Positions 8,853 through 15,789 of a stretch of 32,764 nt of DNA are shown here, one piece after another. Source of the DNA: an uncultured Chloroflexota bacterium (GTDB lineage: Bacteria; Chloroflexota; Limnocylindria; P2-11E); NCBI GenBank assembly GCA_964611555.1, contig CAZTAI010000002.1, positions 1-32,764 of the forward strand. The letters are read 5' to 3'. Both the position numbers and the translations under genes were made by a program. Each line of letters opens with the position of its first letter. Within the stretch, counting starts at the first letter, position 1. The notes below the pieces were generated by a model. The model ran no database searches, was not told the DNA's origin, and was given only the letters and a program-made list of their open reading frames with translations.

Positions 8853-9605
8853 ATGATGCGGATCATTGACGCTCATCACCACCTTGGCCGCGGCTGCGTG
8901 TTCGACGGCTGGACGGCGACGCCGGACGAGATCCGGTCGGCACAGGACCGGAACGCGGTCGCCGCCACGATCGTCCAGCCCTGGCCCGGCGCGCTGCCCG
9001 ACGCGAGATCGGTTCACGACGACATCGCTAAGTTCGCGAGCGACCAACCCGGCCGAGTGTTCGGGATGGCCAGTGTGAATCCCCACTACGGGACCGAGGC
9101 CGCGGCTCTCGAGATCCGTCGCTGCGTCCGCGAGCTCGGGTTCGTCGCCGTCAAGTGCCATACCATCGGGCACGCGCTGAACCCCAATGGTGCCGACGCC
9201 CAGGTGATCTTCGAGACCGCGCTGGACCTCGGCGTCCCAGTGATGGTCCACATCGCGTCCTTCGGCATCCCCCTGTCGGCCCCCGGGCACCTGATTCCGC
9301 TCGCCAAGCGTTATCCCGATCTGACCATCATCGCCGCGCACATGGGCGCCGCAAGCTTGAGTGGCGATGTCGTGTGGATCGCCGAAGAGCATCCGAATAT
9401 CGTTCTCGAGACCTCGTGGGCGATGGGCCCCGACATCGCCTGGGCCGTCCAGACCCTCGGTGCTGACCGGGTGATGATCGGGACGGATCACCCCATGAAC
9501 GTTGCGGTCGAGATCGCGAAGATCAGAGAGCTTCCACTGACCGACGAGGACAAGGCGCTCGTCCTGGGCGGGACCGCAGAGCGGGTCTTCCGGCTGGCCG
9601 TGTAG
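8853..9605 (+). CDS. Amidohydrolase-2 family metal-dependent TIM-barrel hydrolase (lactonase-like)
   Basis: 250 aa. IIDAHHHLG at the N-terminus, a later HM...(AAHMG) and a terminal GTDHP, which is the Amidohydro_2 (PF04909-type) metal-ligand pattern. Confidence 0.8.
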   Translation: MMRIIDAHHHLGRGCVFDGWTATPDEIRSAQDRNAVAATIVQPWPGALPDARSVHDDIAKFASDQPGRVFGMASVNPHYGTEAAALEIRRCVRELGFVAVKCHTIGHALNPNGADAQVIFETALDLGVPVMVHIASFGIPLSAPGHLIPLAKRYPDLTIIAAHMGAASLSGDVVWIAEEHPNIVLETSWAMGPDIAWAVQTLGADRVMIGTDHPMNVAVEIAKIRELPLTDEDKALVLGGTAERVFRLAV

Positions 9606-9724
9606 GAATTGCCGTCAGCACCGGCTTGCGGCGGCGTGACGTTCGGGCGGCCGAGGACCGCCCGCCTGAGAGTGATACATCATGGATGACGAGCCGCCGA
9701 GGACCGAGGACGAGGTGACCGTTC

Positions 9725-10372
9725 ATGGGTGACCAGCCGCCCAGGCCGCCGATCCCTGAGCAGATCAGCTCCAGCGGCGTGATTGCGATCGCTCGCGGTC
9801 TCGGGCCTGAAGCGCTTCCTTCTGTCGCCGACGCACTGGCGGAGGCCGGCGTTCGGGCTGTCGAGGTGACCCTCAACAGCTCAGGCGCGTTCGCAGCCAT
9901 CGAGGCACTTGCGCGCGATCTCGGCGTCCGACTGCTCGTTGGGGCCGGTACCGTTCTGACCGTCGACTCAGCGGCGCGCGCCGTGGACGCCGGTGCACGC
10001 TTCCTCGTGATGCCGCACGTGGACGTCGACCTCGTTCGCTGGGCGGCAATGCGGGGGATCGCCGCATTTCCCGGGGCCTTCAGCCCGACCGAGATCCTCC
10101 GTGGATGGTCCGCCGGGGCCACGGCCGTGAAGCTCTTCCCGGCGTCTGCCGTGGGACCGACGTTCGTCCGCGACCTTCGGGGTCCATTCCCTCAGATCCC
10201 GCTCATCCCGACCGGCGGCGTGACTGTGGAGTCTGCTCCCTTGTTCATCCGGGCCGGCGCGGTTGCGGTCGGCGTCGGAAGCTGGCTCACCGGACCCGAT
10301 GAGGCGGCGGTCGTGCGGGCTCGGGCGCGATCGCTCATCGAGGCCGTCCGGCTCGCGCTCGAGGAACGCTGA
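9725..10372 (+). CDS. eda: 2-dehydro-3-deoxyphosphogluconate / 4-hydroxy-2-oxoglutarate aldolase
   Basis: 215 aa. AIARG...AGVRAVEVTLNS...GAGTVLT...PG..SPTE...GATAVKLFPA...IPTGGV...AVGVGSWL is the KDPG/KHG aldolase pattern, including the Schiff-base lysine context VKLFPA. Confidence 0.85.
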   Translation: MGDQPPRPPIPEQISSSGVIAIARGLGPEALPSVADALAEAGVRAVEVTLNSSGAFAAIEALARDLGVRLLVGAGTVLTVDSAARAVDAGARFLVMPHVDVDLVRWAAMRGIAAFPGAFSPTEILRGWSAGATAVKLFPASAVGPTFVRDLRGPFPQIPLIPTGGVTVESAPLFIRAGAVAVGVGSWLTGPDEAAVVRARARSLIEAVRLALEER

Positions 10373-10503
10373 TCCGCCCAGGCGCGCGGACCTCGGAGTC
10401 TGTTGGAAGGACCTTGCAAGGCCGGTCGCGAGCCGCGGAGGCGTGCCCGTCCCGCGGGGTGCGATATGGCCACGGCGTGAGATGGACTCGGGCTCGCCCA
10501 CAC

Positions 10504-10638
10504 GGGCACCTGAGTCATCCCGGTTTCGGGATGGGCACCTGATTCGTTTTCGCATGGGCACCTGACTCACCTGATCTTTGGGCACCTGATTCTGGACGCC
10601 CGAATGAATGAGCATCTGATTATTTCGAGCACACCTAA
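10504..10638. repeat. Iterated direct repeats: 4 perfect copies of GGGCACCTGA(N)TC plus 2 degenerate copies
   Basis: Perfect 10-mers at 10504-10513, 10533-10542, 10556-10565 and 10580-10589. Degenerate copies are GAGCATCTGA at 10610-10619 and GAGCACACCTAA at 10627-10638. Start-to-start spacing is 29, 23, 24, 30 and 17 nt. The positions were cross-checked against ORF-track codon arithmetic. Confidence 0.85.
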
Positions 10639-10754
10639 CATTTCGCCGAGGGGTCGACCTGTTCCTCGGCGCGAAGGCCGCCGAGGCCGCCTCGCCCAAG
10701 ACGATCACCTGGTACCGGATGATCCTCGAGCGGGCCCACCCGCAGGCCCGTGTC
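10620..10754 (+). pseudogene. Relic of a tyrosine recombinase/integrase N-terminus (SAM-like domain fragment)
   Basis: The frame continuous with ORF 10719..10991 reads TFRRGVDLFLGAKAAEAASPKTITWYRMILERA. The pattern FL.AK.AE..SPKTI.WYR..L.RF is typical of the N-terminal domain of phage-type integrases. No start codon or catalytic domain follows; the frame runs into (GAG)9 and unrelated sequence. Confidence 0.45.
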
Positions 10755-10781
10755 GAGGAGGAGGAGGAGGAGGAGGAGGAG
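10755..10781. repeat. (GAG)9 trinucleotide microsatellite
   Basis: Nine uninterrupted GAG units. They read as E9 in ORF 10719..10991, G9 in ORF 10604..10867 and S-rich on the minus strand. Position derived from codon arithmetic. Confidence 0.95.
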
Positions 10782-10895
10782 GATCGCCCTGTCGCGCACG
10801 GTTGCGAGCCCGAGCAGCCCGCAGATGCGCTAAGGACCGCCTCCGCGAGCTCGAACCTCCAACGTGATCGTCTCCCCCTTCTCCATGCCCGAGAA

Positions 10896-10939
10896 GGTGA
10901 CAAATGCACTGGCCGCTTAGCGGGTGACAGATTCACTGG
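10896..10939 (+). repeat. Two 17-bp direct repeats GGTGACA(A/G)AT(G/T)CACTGG
   Basis: GGTGACAAATGCACTGG at 10896-10912 and GGTGACAGATTCACTGG at 10923-10939 (15/17 identical, 27-nt register). They lie at or overlap the most upstream possible start of the second iclR gene. Confidence 0.7.
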
Positions 10940-11868
10940 GCGTCCACAGAGACCTCCTCGACTCGTTGACAGGTGGGCGGCCCGTCCGTAGGCTGGATGA
11001 AATGGACGTCCGTTTCAATACCGATACACGTGACGGCTCCGCCACGGGAGCCGCGAAGACCCTGGTCAAGGCGCTCCGGATCCTCGGCAGCGTGGCCGCC
11101 CACCCCGAAGGACTCACGCTCTCCGACCTAAGCCGCATCTGCCGGTTGCCGAAACCAACGGCGCACCGGGTCCTCGGCGTGCTCGTTCAGGGCGGGATGC
11201 TGCGGCTCGAGGCTGACGGAGGCTACCGGCTCGGACCCGAGTGCTTGGTACTCGGTACCGCCTTTCTCGAGAACCTTGATCTCCGCGACCGGGCGCGGGA
11301 TATCCTCTCCGACCTCGTGGGCCGGACCGGCGAGACCTGCCATCTCGGCGTGCTTGACGGCAAGCGCGTCGTCTACATCGAGAAGGTCGAGAGCCCGCAT
11401 CCGATCCGTATGGCCTCTCGGGTGGGACGGACGAACCCGGCGCACTCGACGGGCATCGGTAAGGCCATGCTCGCCTTCTCGCCTGAGGAGCGGGTCGAGG
11501 CCATCATCGCTGCCGGACTCGAGCAACGGACACCCCGGACGATCACCGATCCCAGCCGCTTTCGGAGCGAGCTGGCCATGGTAGCCAAGCGTGGTTACGC
11601 GATCGACGATATCGAGAACGAGGAAGCAATCCGCTGCATCGCCGCACCTGTGTTCGACCACGAACACGCGGTCGTAGCCGGCATCAGCATCGCTGGCCCC
11701 GAGTACCGGCTGTCGCTCGGCCGGCTCGTCGAGATGGCCGACGACGTGCGCGAGGCGGCGCGGGAGCTGTCGAGGCGAGTTGGCTGTCCGGATGATGGCT
11801 CCGCGCCATGGGGCTCGCCGCGCCCTGCGCGGGGCGAGATCCTCGCCGGATCACAACGGCGGTGCTGA
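10924..11868 (+). CDS. IclR-family transcriptional regulator
   Basis: wHTH (LVKALRILGSVAAHPEGLTLSDLSRICRLPKPTAHRVLGVL) plus effector domain (CHLGVLDGKRVVYIEKVES, PAHSTGIGKAMLA, GYAIDDIENEEAIRCIAAPV). The start is uncertain: GTG 10924 has no SD, and ATG 11002 (Met27) is equally possible. Confidence 0.88.
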   Translation: MTDSLGVHRDLLDSLTGGRPVRRLDEMDVRFNTDTRDGSATGAAKTLVKALRILGSVAAHPEGLTLSDLSRICRLPKPTAHRVLGVLVQGGMLRLEADGGYRLGPECLVLGTAFLENLDLRDRARDILSDLVGRTGETCHLGVLDGKRVVYIEKVESPHPIRMASRVGRTNPAHSTGIGKAMLAFSPEERVEAIIAAGLEQRTPRTITDPSRFRSELAMVAKRGYAIDDIENEEAIRCIAAPVFDHEHAVVAGISIAGPEYRLSLGRLVEMADDVREAARELSRRVGCPDDGSAPWGSPRPARGEILAGSQRRC

Positions 11869-11885
11869 CCCATCCTGACCCATGA

Positions 11886-12304
11886 TCGACGACGGCTGAC
11901 GTCGTCGCCGCTCAAGAGTCGGGAGCCACCTTCTGCGTCTCCCCGCACACGGATCCCGAGGATTGTGCGCTCGACCGTCGCGGCGGGCCTCCTGGCGATT
12001 CCTGGCGCGTTCACCGCCGGCGAGGTCGTGGCAGCCTGTCGGGCGGGGGCCGGCATGGTCCAAACTCGTCCCCAGCGACCCGGCGGGAGCGGCGTACCTC
12101 CGCGCGCTCCGCGATCCGCTGCCGGATGTGCCCTTCATCCCCACAGGTGGCATCCGCATCGATGCGGTGCCCGACTACCTGGCAGCAGGGGCCGTCGCCG
12201 TCGGGCTCGGCTCGAGCCTCGTGTCGGCGGAGGCGTCGCTCGAGGCGATCGGAGAACGAGCCGGCCGCGCCGTCGCCCTCGCCGGAGAGGCCCACGTCGC
12301 CTAA
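11886..12304 (+). pseudogene. eda paralog remnant: N-terminally truncated and carrying two 1-nt frameshifts
   Basis: Three frames join into T.DVVAAQESGATFCVSPHTDPE | IVRSTVAAGLLAIPGAFTAGEVVAACRAGAGMV | KLVPSDPAGAAYLRALRDPLPDVPFIPTGGIRIDAVPDYLAAGAVAVGLGSSLV. This aligns by eye with residues about 85-200 of the intact Eda at 9725-10372. The frame changes at about 11961 and about 12061, and the stop is at 12302-12304. The first ~85 codons are absent. Confidence 0.75.
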
Positions 12305-12323
12305 AGCGACCCACGCTTCGACC

Positions 12324-12367
12324 TTGACAGCAGTGTTCGCGACGCTAGACTTCTGCCAAGATTGGCA
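12324..12367 (+). promoter_or_regulatory. Candidate promoter plus perfect palindromic operator upstream of the CUT1 transporter operon
   Basis: TTGACA (12324-12329), 16-nt spacer, TAGACT (12346-12351). It is followed immediately by the palindrome TGCCAA-GA-TTGGCA (12354-12367), which overlaps the expected transcription start. Confidence 0.5.
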
Positions 12368-12511
12368 AGGTGTTCCAGTCCCGACCAATCGGCTCTCCGA
12401 CTCTGACGCGACAACATCGCCCGTACCGTTCGCGGGAGCACGACTGGATCCTTGGCGGTGCCGGACCGGGCCGGGCCGTCCGGACACGCTGAGGAGCGAG
12501 AGGAGGAAGAG

Positions 12512-13912
12512 GTGGCTACGATGGACGAGCGGGAGCTATACGACCAGGCGCTCGCCGGGCGGCTGAGCCGCCGCGAGGTGCTCCAACGCGGCCTCGCACT
12601 GGGGTTGTCCTATCCGGCGATCGCGATCCTCGTCGCGGCCTGCGGAGTGCAGGCGCCCGGTGGATCGCCAGCCGGGTCGCCTCCCGGCAGCGGGAAGGCA
12701 AGCGTGATCCAGCTGGACTTCGCCGTCTGGAGCTACAGCATCGAAACGGTCCTTGAGAATATCAAGGCCTGGGAGGCGGAGAACCCGGGTACCACCGTCA
12801 AGCTGACGGACTACCCGTGGAACGCCTACCGCGAGACGATGGTCCAGCGTTTCACCTCGAACACGGGGACCGACATCCTCTATAACGGTGGCGACTGGCT
12901 GCCCGAGTTCGCCAAGGCGGGGTGGGTCGTGCCCATCGAGGACAAGCTCGACTTCGCCAAGTACCGGGATCAGATCGTCGGCTACGCCCTGGCCGACATG
13001 ACCTACAACGGCAAGGTGTACGGGCTGCCGTACTACGCCGACATCGTTTCGTTCATCTGGAATCCCACGGTCGCGAAGAAATACGGCGTTGACCGGGCCC
13101 CTGGGACCTGGGAGGAGGTGGCCGAGATGGCCACATCCATGCAGGGCAAGGGCCTCGACAAGCCGATCATCTGGGAGTTCGCGCAGACGCTGCCGACGAG
13201 CCTCGAGACGTTCACGGCCATGGTCATGAGTCGTGGCGGCGAACTCTTCGATGAGAACTACGACCCCATCTTCGAGGATTCCAGCAGCCCGGGCTTCCAG
13301 CAGCTTCAGTTCATGGCTGATTCGGTCAAGAACGGCTTCGCCGTCATCTCCCCACACGAAACGGAAGTCGCCAAGGCGATGAACACCGGCCAGAACGTGT
13401 TCACCGTGCTGTACAACTACAACCTGGCAGCAATGAACAACAAGGGCACGTCGCCCCTGGCCGGGCAATTCGAGCTGGCGATGATGCCGGGCAAGACTCA
13501 CGAAACGCTCGGCTTCGCCAAGTTCTACAACATGACCAAGATGGCTGTGGACCGCGGTGCCGACGCTACGAAGGCGGCGGCGCGCTTCATCGAGAGTTTC
13601 GGCGGGGCGCCCGAGGGGGAGTACACGGTGGCCAAGCGCTGGGCCGTGGAGAAGGGGCTCGGCTTCGGCCAGCTGCCGCTGTTCGATGATGCAGACGTTC
13701 AGAAGTCGTACGCGACCTGGGTCGACGTGGCCAAGCTCAAGGAGCAGGAGAAGACTGCCCGGGCGAAGCGCCAGACGGTCTGGACCGGCATCTGGGGCGA
13801 AGCTATGCGGTTGGAGATGGGCAAGGCTCTCGTCGGAGAAGTGACTGTCGCCGATGCCCTCAAGGCCGCCGCCGACAAGGCGCGTGCACTGAAGCAGCAA
13901 TACGGCGCCTGA
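12512..13912 (+). CDS. ABC transporter extracellular solute-binding lipoprotein, family 1 (CUT1 sugar type), TAT-like signal
   Basis: Twin-arginine motif LSRREVLQRGLALGL followed by the lipobox-like LVAAC. The body is typical of sugar SBP family 1 (AWEAENPGTTVKL, YNGKVYGLPYYAD). GTG 12512 sits behind GGAGGA; ATG 12521 is an alternative. The track ORF starts at 12452. Confidence 0.88.
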   Translation: MATMDERELYDQALAGRLSRREVLQRGLALGLSYPAIAILVAACGVQAPGGSPAGSPPGSGKASVIQLDFAVWSYSIETVLENIKAWEAENPGTTVKLTDYPWNAYRETMVQRFTSNTGTDILYNGGDWLPEFAKAGWVVPIEDKLDFAKYRDQIVGYALADMTYNGKVYGLPYYADIVSFIWNPTVAKKYGVDRAPGTWEEVAEMATSMQGKGLDKPIIWEFAQTLPTSLETFTAMVMSRGGELFDENYDPIFEDSSSPGFQQLQFMADSVKNGFAVISPHETEVAKAMNTGQNVFTVLYNYNLAAMNNKGTSPLAGQFELAMMPGKTHETLGFAKFYNMTKMAVDRGADATKAAARFIESFGGAPEGEYTVAKRWAVEKGLGFGQLPLFDDADVQKSYATWVDVAKLKEQEKTARAKRQTVWTGIWGEAMRLEMGKALVGEVTVADALKAAADKARALKQQYGA

Positions 13913-13945
13913 CCGCAGGGCCGATTCGAGCGAGGGGCGGACGCC

Positions 13946-14890
13946 TTGCCCCTGGCGGAGAACCAGTCCCGCCCCGGTCCTGCATGGCGCCGCCGCCGCG
14001 TCGGCCGATGGACGACTGAAAGGCGGAACGCGTGGTTCCTTGTCGCGCCCGCCCTCGCTCTCGTCGGGCTGTTCACGGTCTACCCGCTGGGTCACGCTCT
14101 GTGGACCAGTTTCCAGATTTCCTCGCCGCTCCTGCCGCCGTCGTTCGTCGGCCTCGGGAACTACGGGGAGGTTGTTGCGAGCGGCTACTTTCTGAAGGCC
14201 TTTCAGGTGACCACGGGCTTCACGCTCGTGACCGTCGTGCTGACGACCGTGACGGCCCTCGGGGCCGCCTCGGTGCTCCGGGAGGCCTTCCCGGGAAGCC
14301 GGCTGTTGCGACCAGTGACGTTGCTCCCCTGGGCAGTCCCGCTCGTCGTCAGCGGCGTGATGTGGAGATGGGTCTTCAATCCGCAGTGGGGCGCGCTGAA
14401 TGCCATCCTCTACTCGGCCGGTTTGATCCGTGAGTACATCCCTTGGCTCAGCGACCCGGGTCTCGCCTTCGTTTCCGTCTCGATCGCTCACTCCTGGTCG
14501 CAGCTGCCGCTGGCGACCATCTTTCTCCTGGGAGCACTTCAGGCGATCCCGCGAGCTGAGTACGAGGCCGCGGCGATCGATGGCGCCGGCGTTCTGCAGC
14601 GGTTTCGCTATGTCACGATCCCGAACATCCGTACCATTCTCGTCCTCGTAGCGCTCTACCAGGTGCTCATTGGGCTCACGGCCTATGACATCACCTACTC
14701 GATGACGGCAGGCGGCCCCGGCACGGCCACGACTCTGATCAGTTACTTCACCTGGTCCGAGTCCTTCAAGCAGCTGAACTTCGGACACGGCGCCGCGCTT
14801 GCGGTGATGATCGCCGTCGTCTCCCTCGTGTTCATCGCGGGGATCCTGCGGGCGCTGCCGAGGGGCGCACTGTCCGAGGATCAGGCGTGA
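13946..14890 (+). CDS. Sugar ABC transporter permease (MalF/UgpA-like, BPD_transp_1)
   Basis: 314 aa with multiple TM segments and an EAA-like loop (AIPRAEYEAAAIDGAGVLQRFRYVTIP). TTG start at 13946 (start moderately uncertain). Confidence 0.9.
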   Translation: MPLAENQSRPGPAWRRRRVGRWTTERRNAWFLVAPALALVGLFTVYPLGHALWTSFQISSPLLPPSFVGLGNYGEVVASGYFLKAFQVTTGFTLVTVVLTTVTALGAASVLREAFPGSRLLRPVTLLPWAVPLVVSGVMWRWVFNPQWGALNAILYSAGLIREYIPWLSDPGLAFVSVSIAHSWSQLPLATIFLLGALQAIPRAEYEAAAIDGAGVLQRFRYVTIPNIRTILVLVALYQVLIGLTAYDITYSMTAGGPGTATTLISYFTWSESFKQLNFGHGAALAVMIAVVSLVFIAGILRALPRGALSEDQA

Positions 14891-15774
14891 GCCGGCGCAG
14901 CCCGCTCGCCTGGGTGCTGTTGTACGTGGGCGCGGGCCTGCTCGGGCTGTTCACGCTCGCGCCGATCGCCCTCAGCCTGATCGCGAGTGTGACGCCGGAT
15001 GCCGGCCTGCTCTCGTTCCCCCCGGACTGGTTCCGGTACGGCCTCACCACCGACAACTACAGGTACATCTTCACGGGCGAGATCCCGCAGTCGTTCATCG
15101 TCCGCGGCGACATCCGGAGCATGATCTCTGAAGAAATTCGCAATGTCCCCGGCGCTGTCGTGAACAGCTTCCGCGTCGCCCTCGTGGCCATGTTCCTCAA
15201 CGTGGTGTTCGGTTCGATGGCCGCCTACGCCATCGCCCGGCTCCGCTGGCGTGGCCGAAACGCCGTCTTCAACTTCCTGTTGGGCAGCCGGCTCATCCCG
15301 GCCGTGGCACTCGCGCTGCCCTACTACGCCATCGTCCAGGGCCTCCGGCTGCTCGATAACCCGCTCTCGCTGATGCTGATCTACACCGTGCTTGCGTTGC
15401 CCTTGACGATCCTGCTGTTGACGGCGACGTTCCTTCGGATCCCCAGGGCGATCGAGGAGTCCGCCCAGCTCGACGGGCTAGGGCCGTTCCAGGTCCTGCT
15501 CCGGATCACGGTGCCGCTCGCCGCGCCGGGTGTCGTGGGCACGGCGCTCTTCGCCTTCATGCTCTCGTACAGCGAGTTCCTGTTCGCTCTCCTGCTGGCG
15601 ACGCGCCAGGAGACCCGGACTCTTCCGGTGAGCCTGGCCAGCGTCTCGGTGAACCCGGACGTGTCGGTCGGCCTTCTGCATGCAGCCATCGTCATCGGGA
15701 TCCTCCCGACGCTCCTTCTGGCGGTGCCCATCTGGCGGTTCATGGTCCAGGGGCTCTCCGAAGGGGCCGGGTAG
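14887..15774 (+). CDS. Sugar ABC transporter permease (MalG/UgpE-like, BPD_transp_1)
   Basis: 295 aa. EAA loop (IPRAIEESAQLDGLGPFQVLLRITVP). GTGA overlap with the preceding permease at 14887-14890. Confidence 0.9.
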   Translation: MSRRSPLAWVLLYVGAGLLGLFTLAPIALSLIASVTPDAGLLSFPPDWFRYGLTTDNYRYIFTGEIPQSFIVRGDIRSMISEEIRNVPGAVVNSFRVALVAMFLNVVFGSMAAYAIARLRWRGRNAVFNFLLGSRLIPAVALALPYYAIVQGLRLLDNPLSLMLIYTVLALPLTILLLTATFLRIPRAIEESAQLDGLGPFQVLLRITVPLAAPGVVGTALFAFMLSYSEFLFALLLATRQETRTLPVSLASVSVNPDVSVGLLHAAIVIGILPTLLLAVPIWRFMVQGLSEGAG

Positions 15775-15789
15775 CCGCGGCCTGGATCG

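Noticed and set aside
9682-9732. 16-codon upstream ORF (MDDEPPRTEDEVTVHG) whose stop overlaps the eda start (CATGGGTGA)
   Set aside because: There is no convincing SD, and small ORFs of this size arise by chance. Without conservation or ribosome-profiling data it cannot be supported as a leader peptide.
10504-10638. Possible CRISPR array, suggested by the regularly spaced short repeats
   Set aside because: The repeats are only 10-13 nt, the intervening segments are 7-20 nt, the spacing is irregular, and there are no cas genes. This fits protein-binding iterons or arm-type sites, not CRISPR.
10604-10991. ORFs 10604..10867 (poly-Gly) and 10719..10991 (poly-Glu) as real small proteins
   Set aside because: Both are simply alternative readings of the (GAG)9 tract inside relic DNA. 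Neither has an SD. The rest of each sequence is unrelated to any family apart from the short integrase-like stretch, which lacks a start codon.
12536-14788. 750-aa minus-strand ORF, one of the longest in the track
   Set aside because: It is antisense to the clearly recognisable SBP and permease genes. Its translation is Arg/Gly/Asp/Glu/Pro-rich low-complexity sequence without any family motif. This is the typical shadow ORF of GC-rich DNA, where stop codons are rare in the antisense frame.
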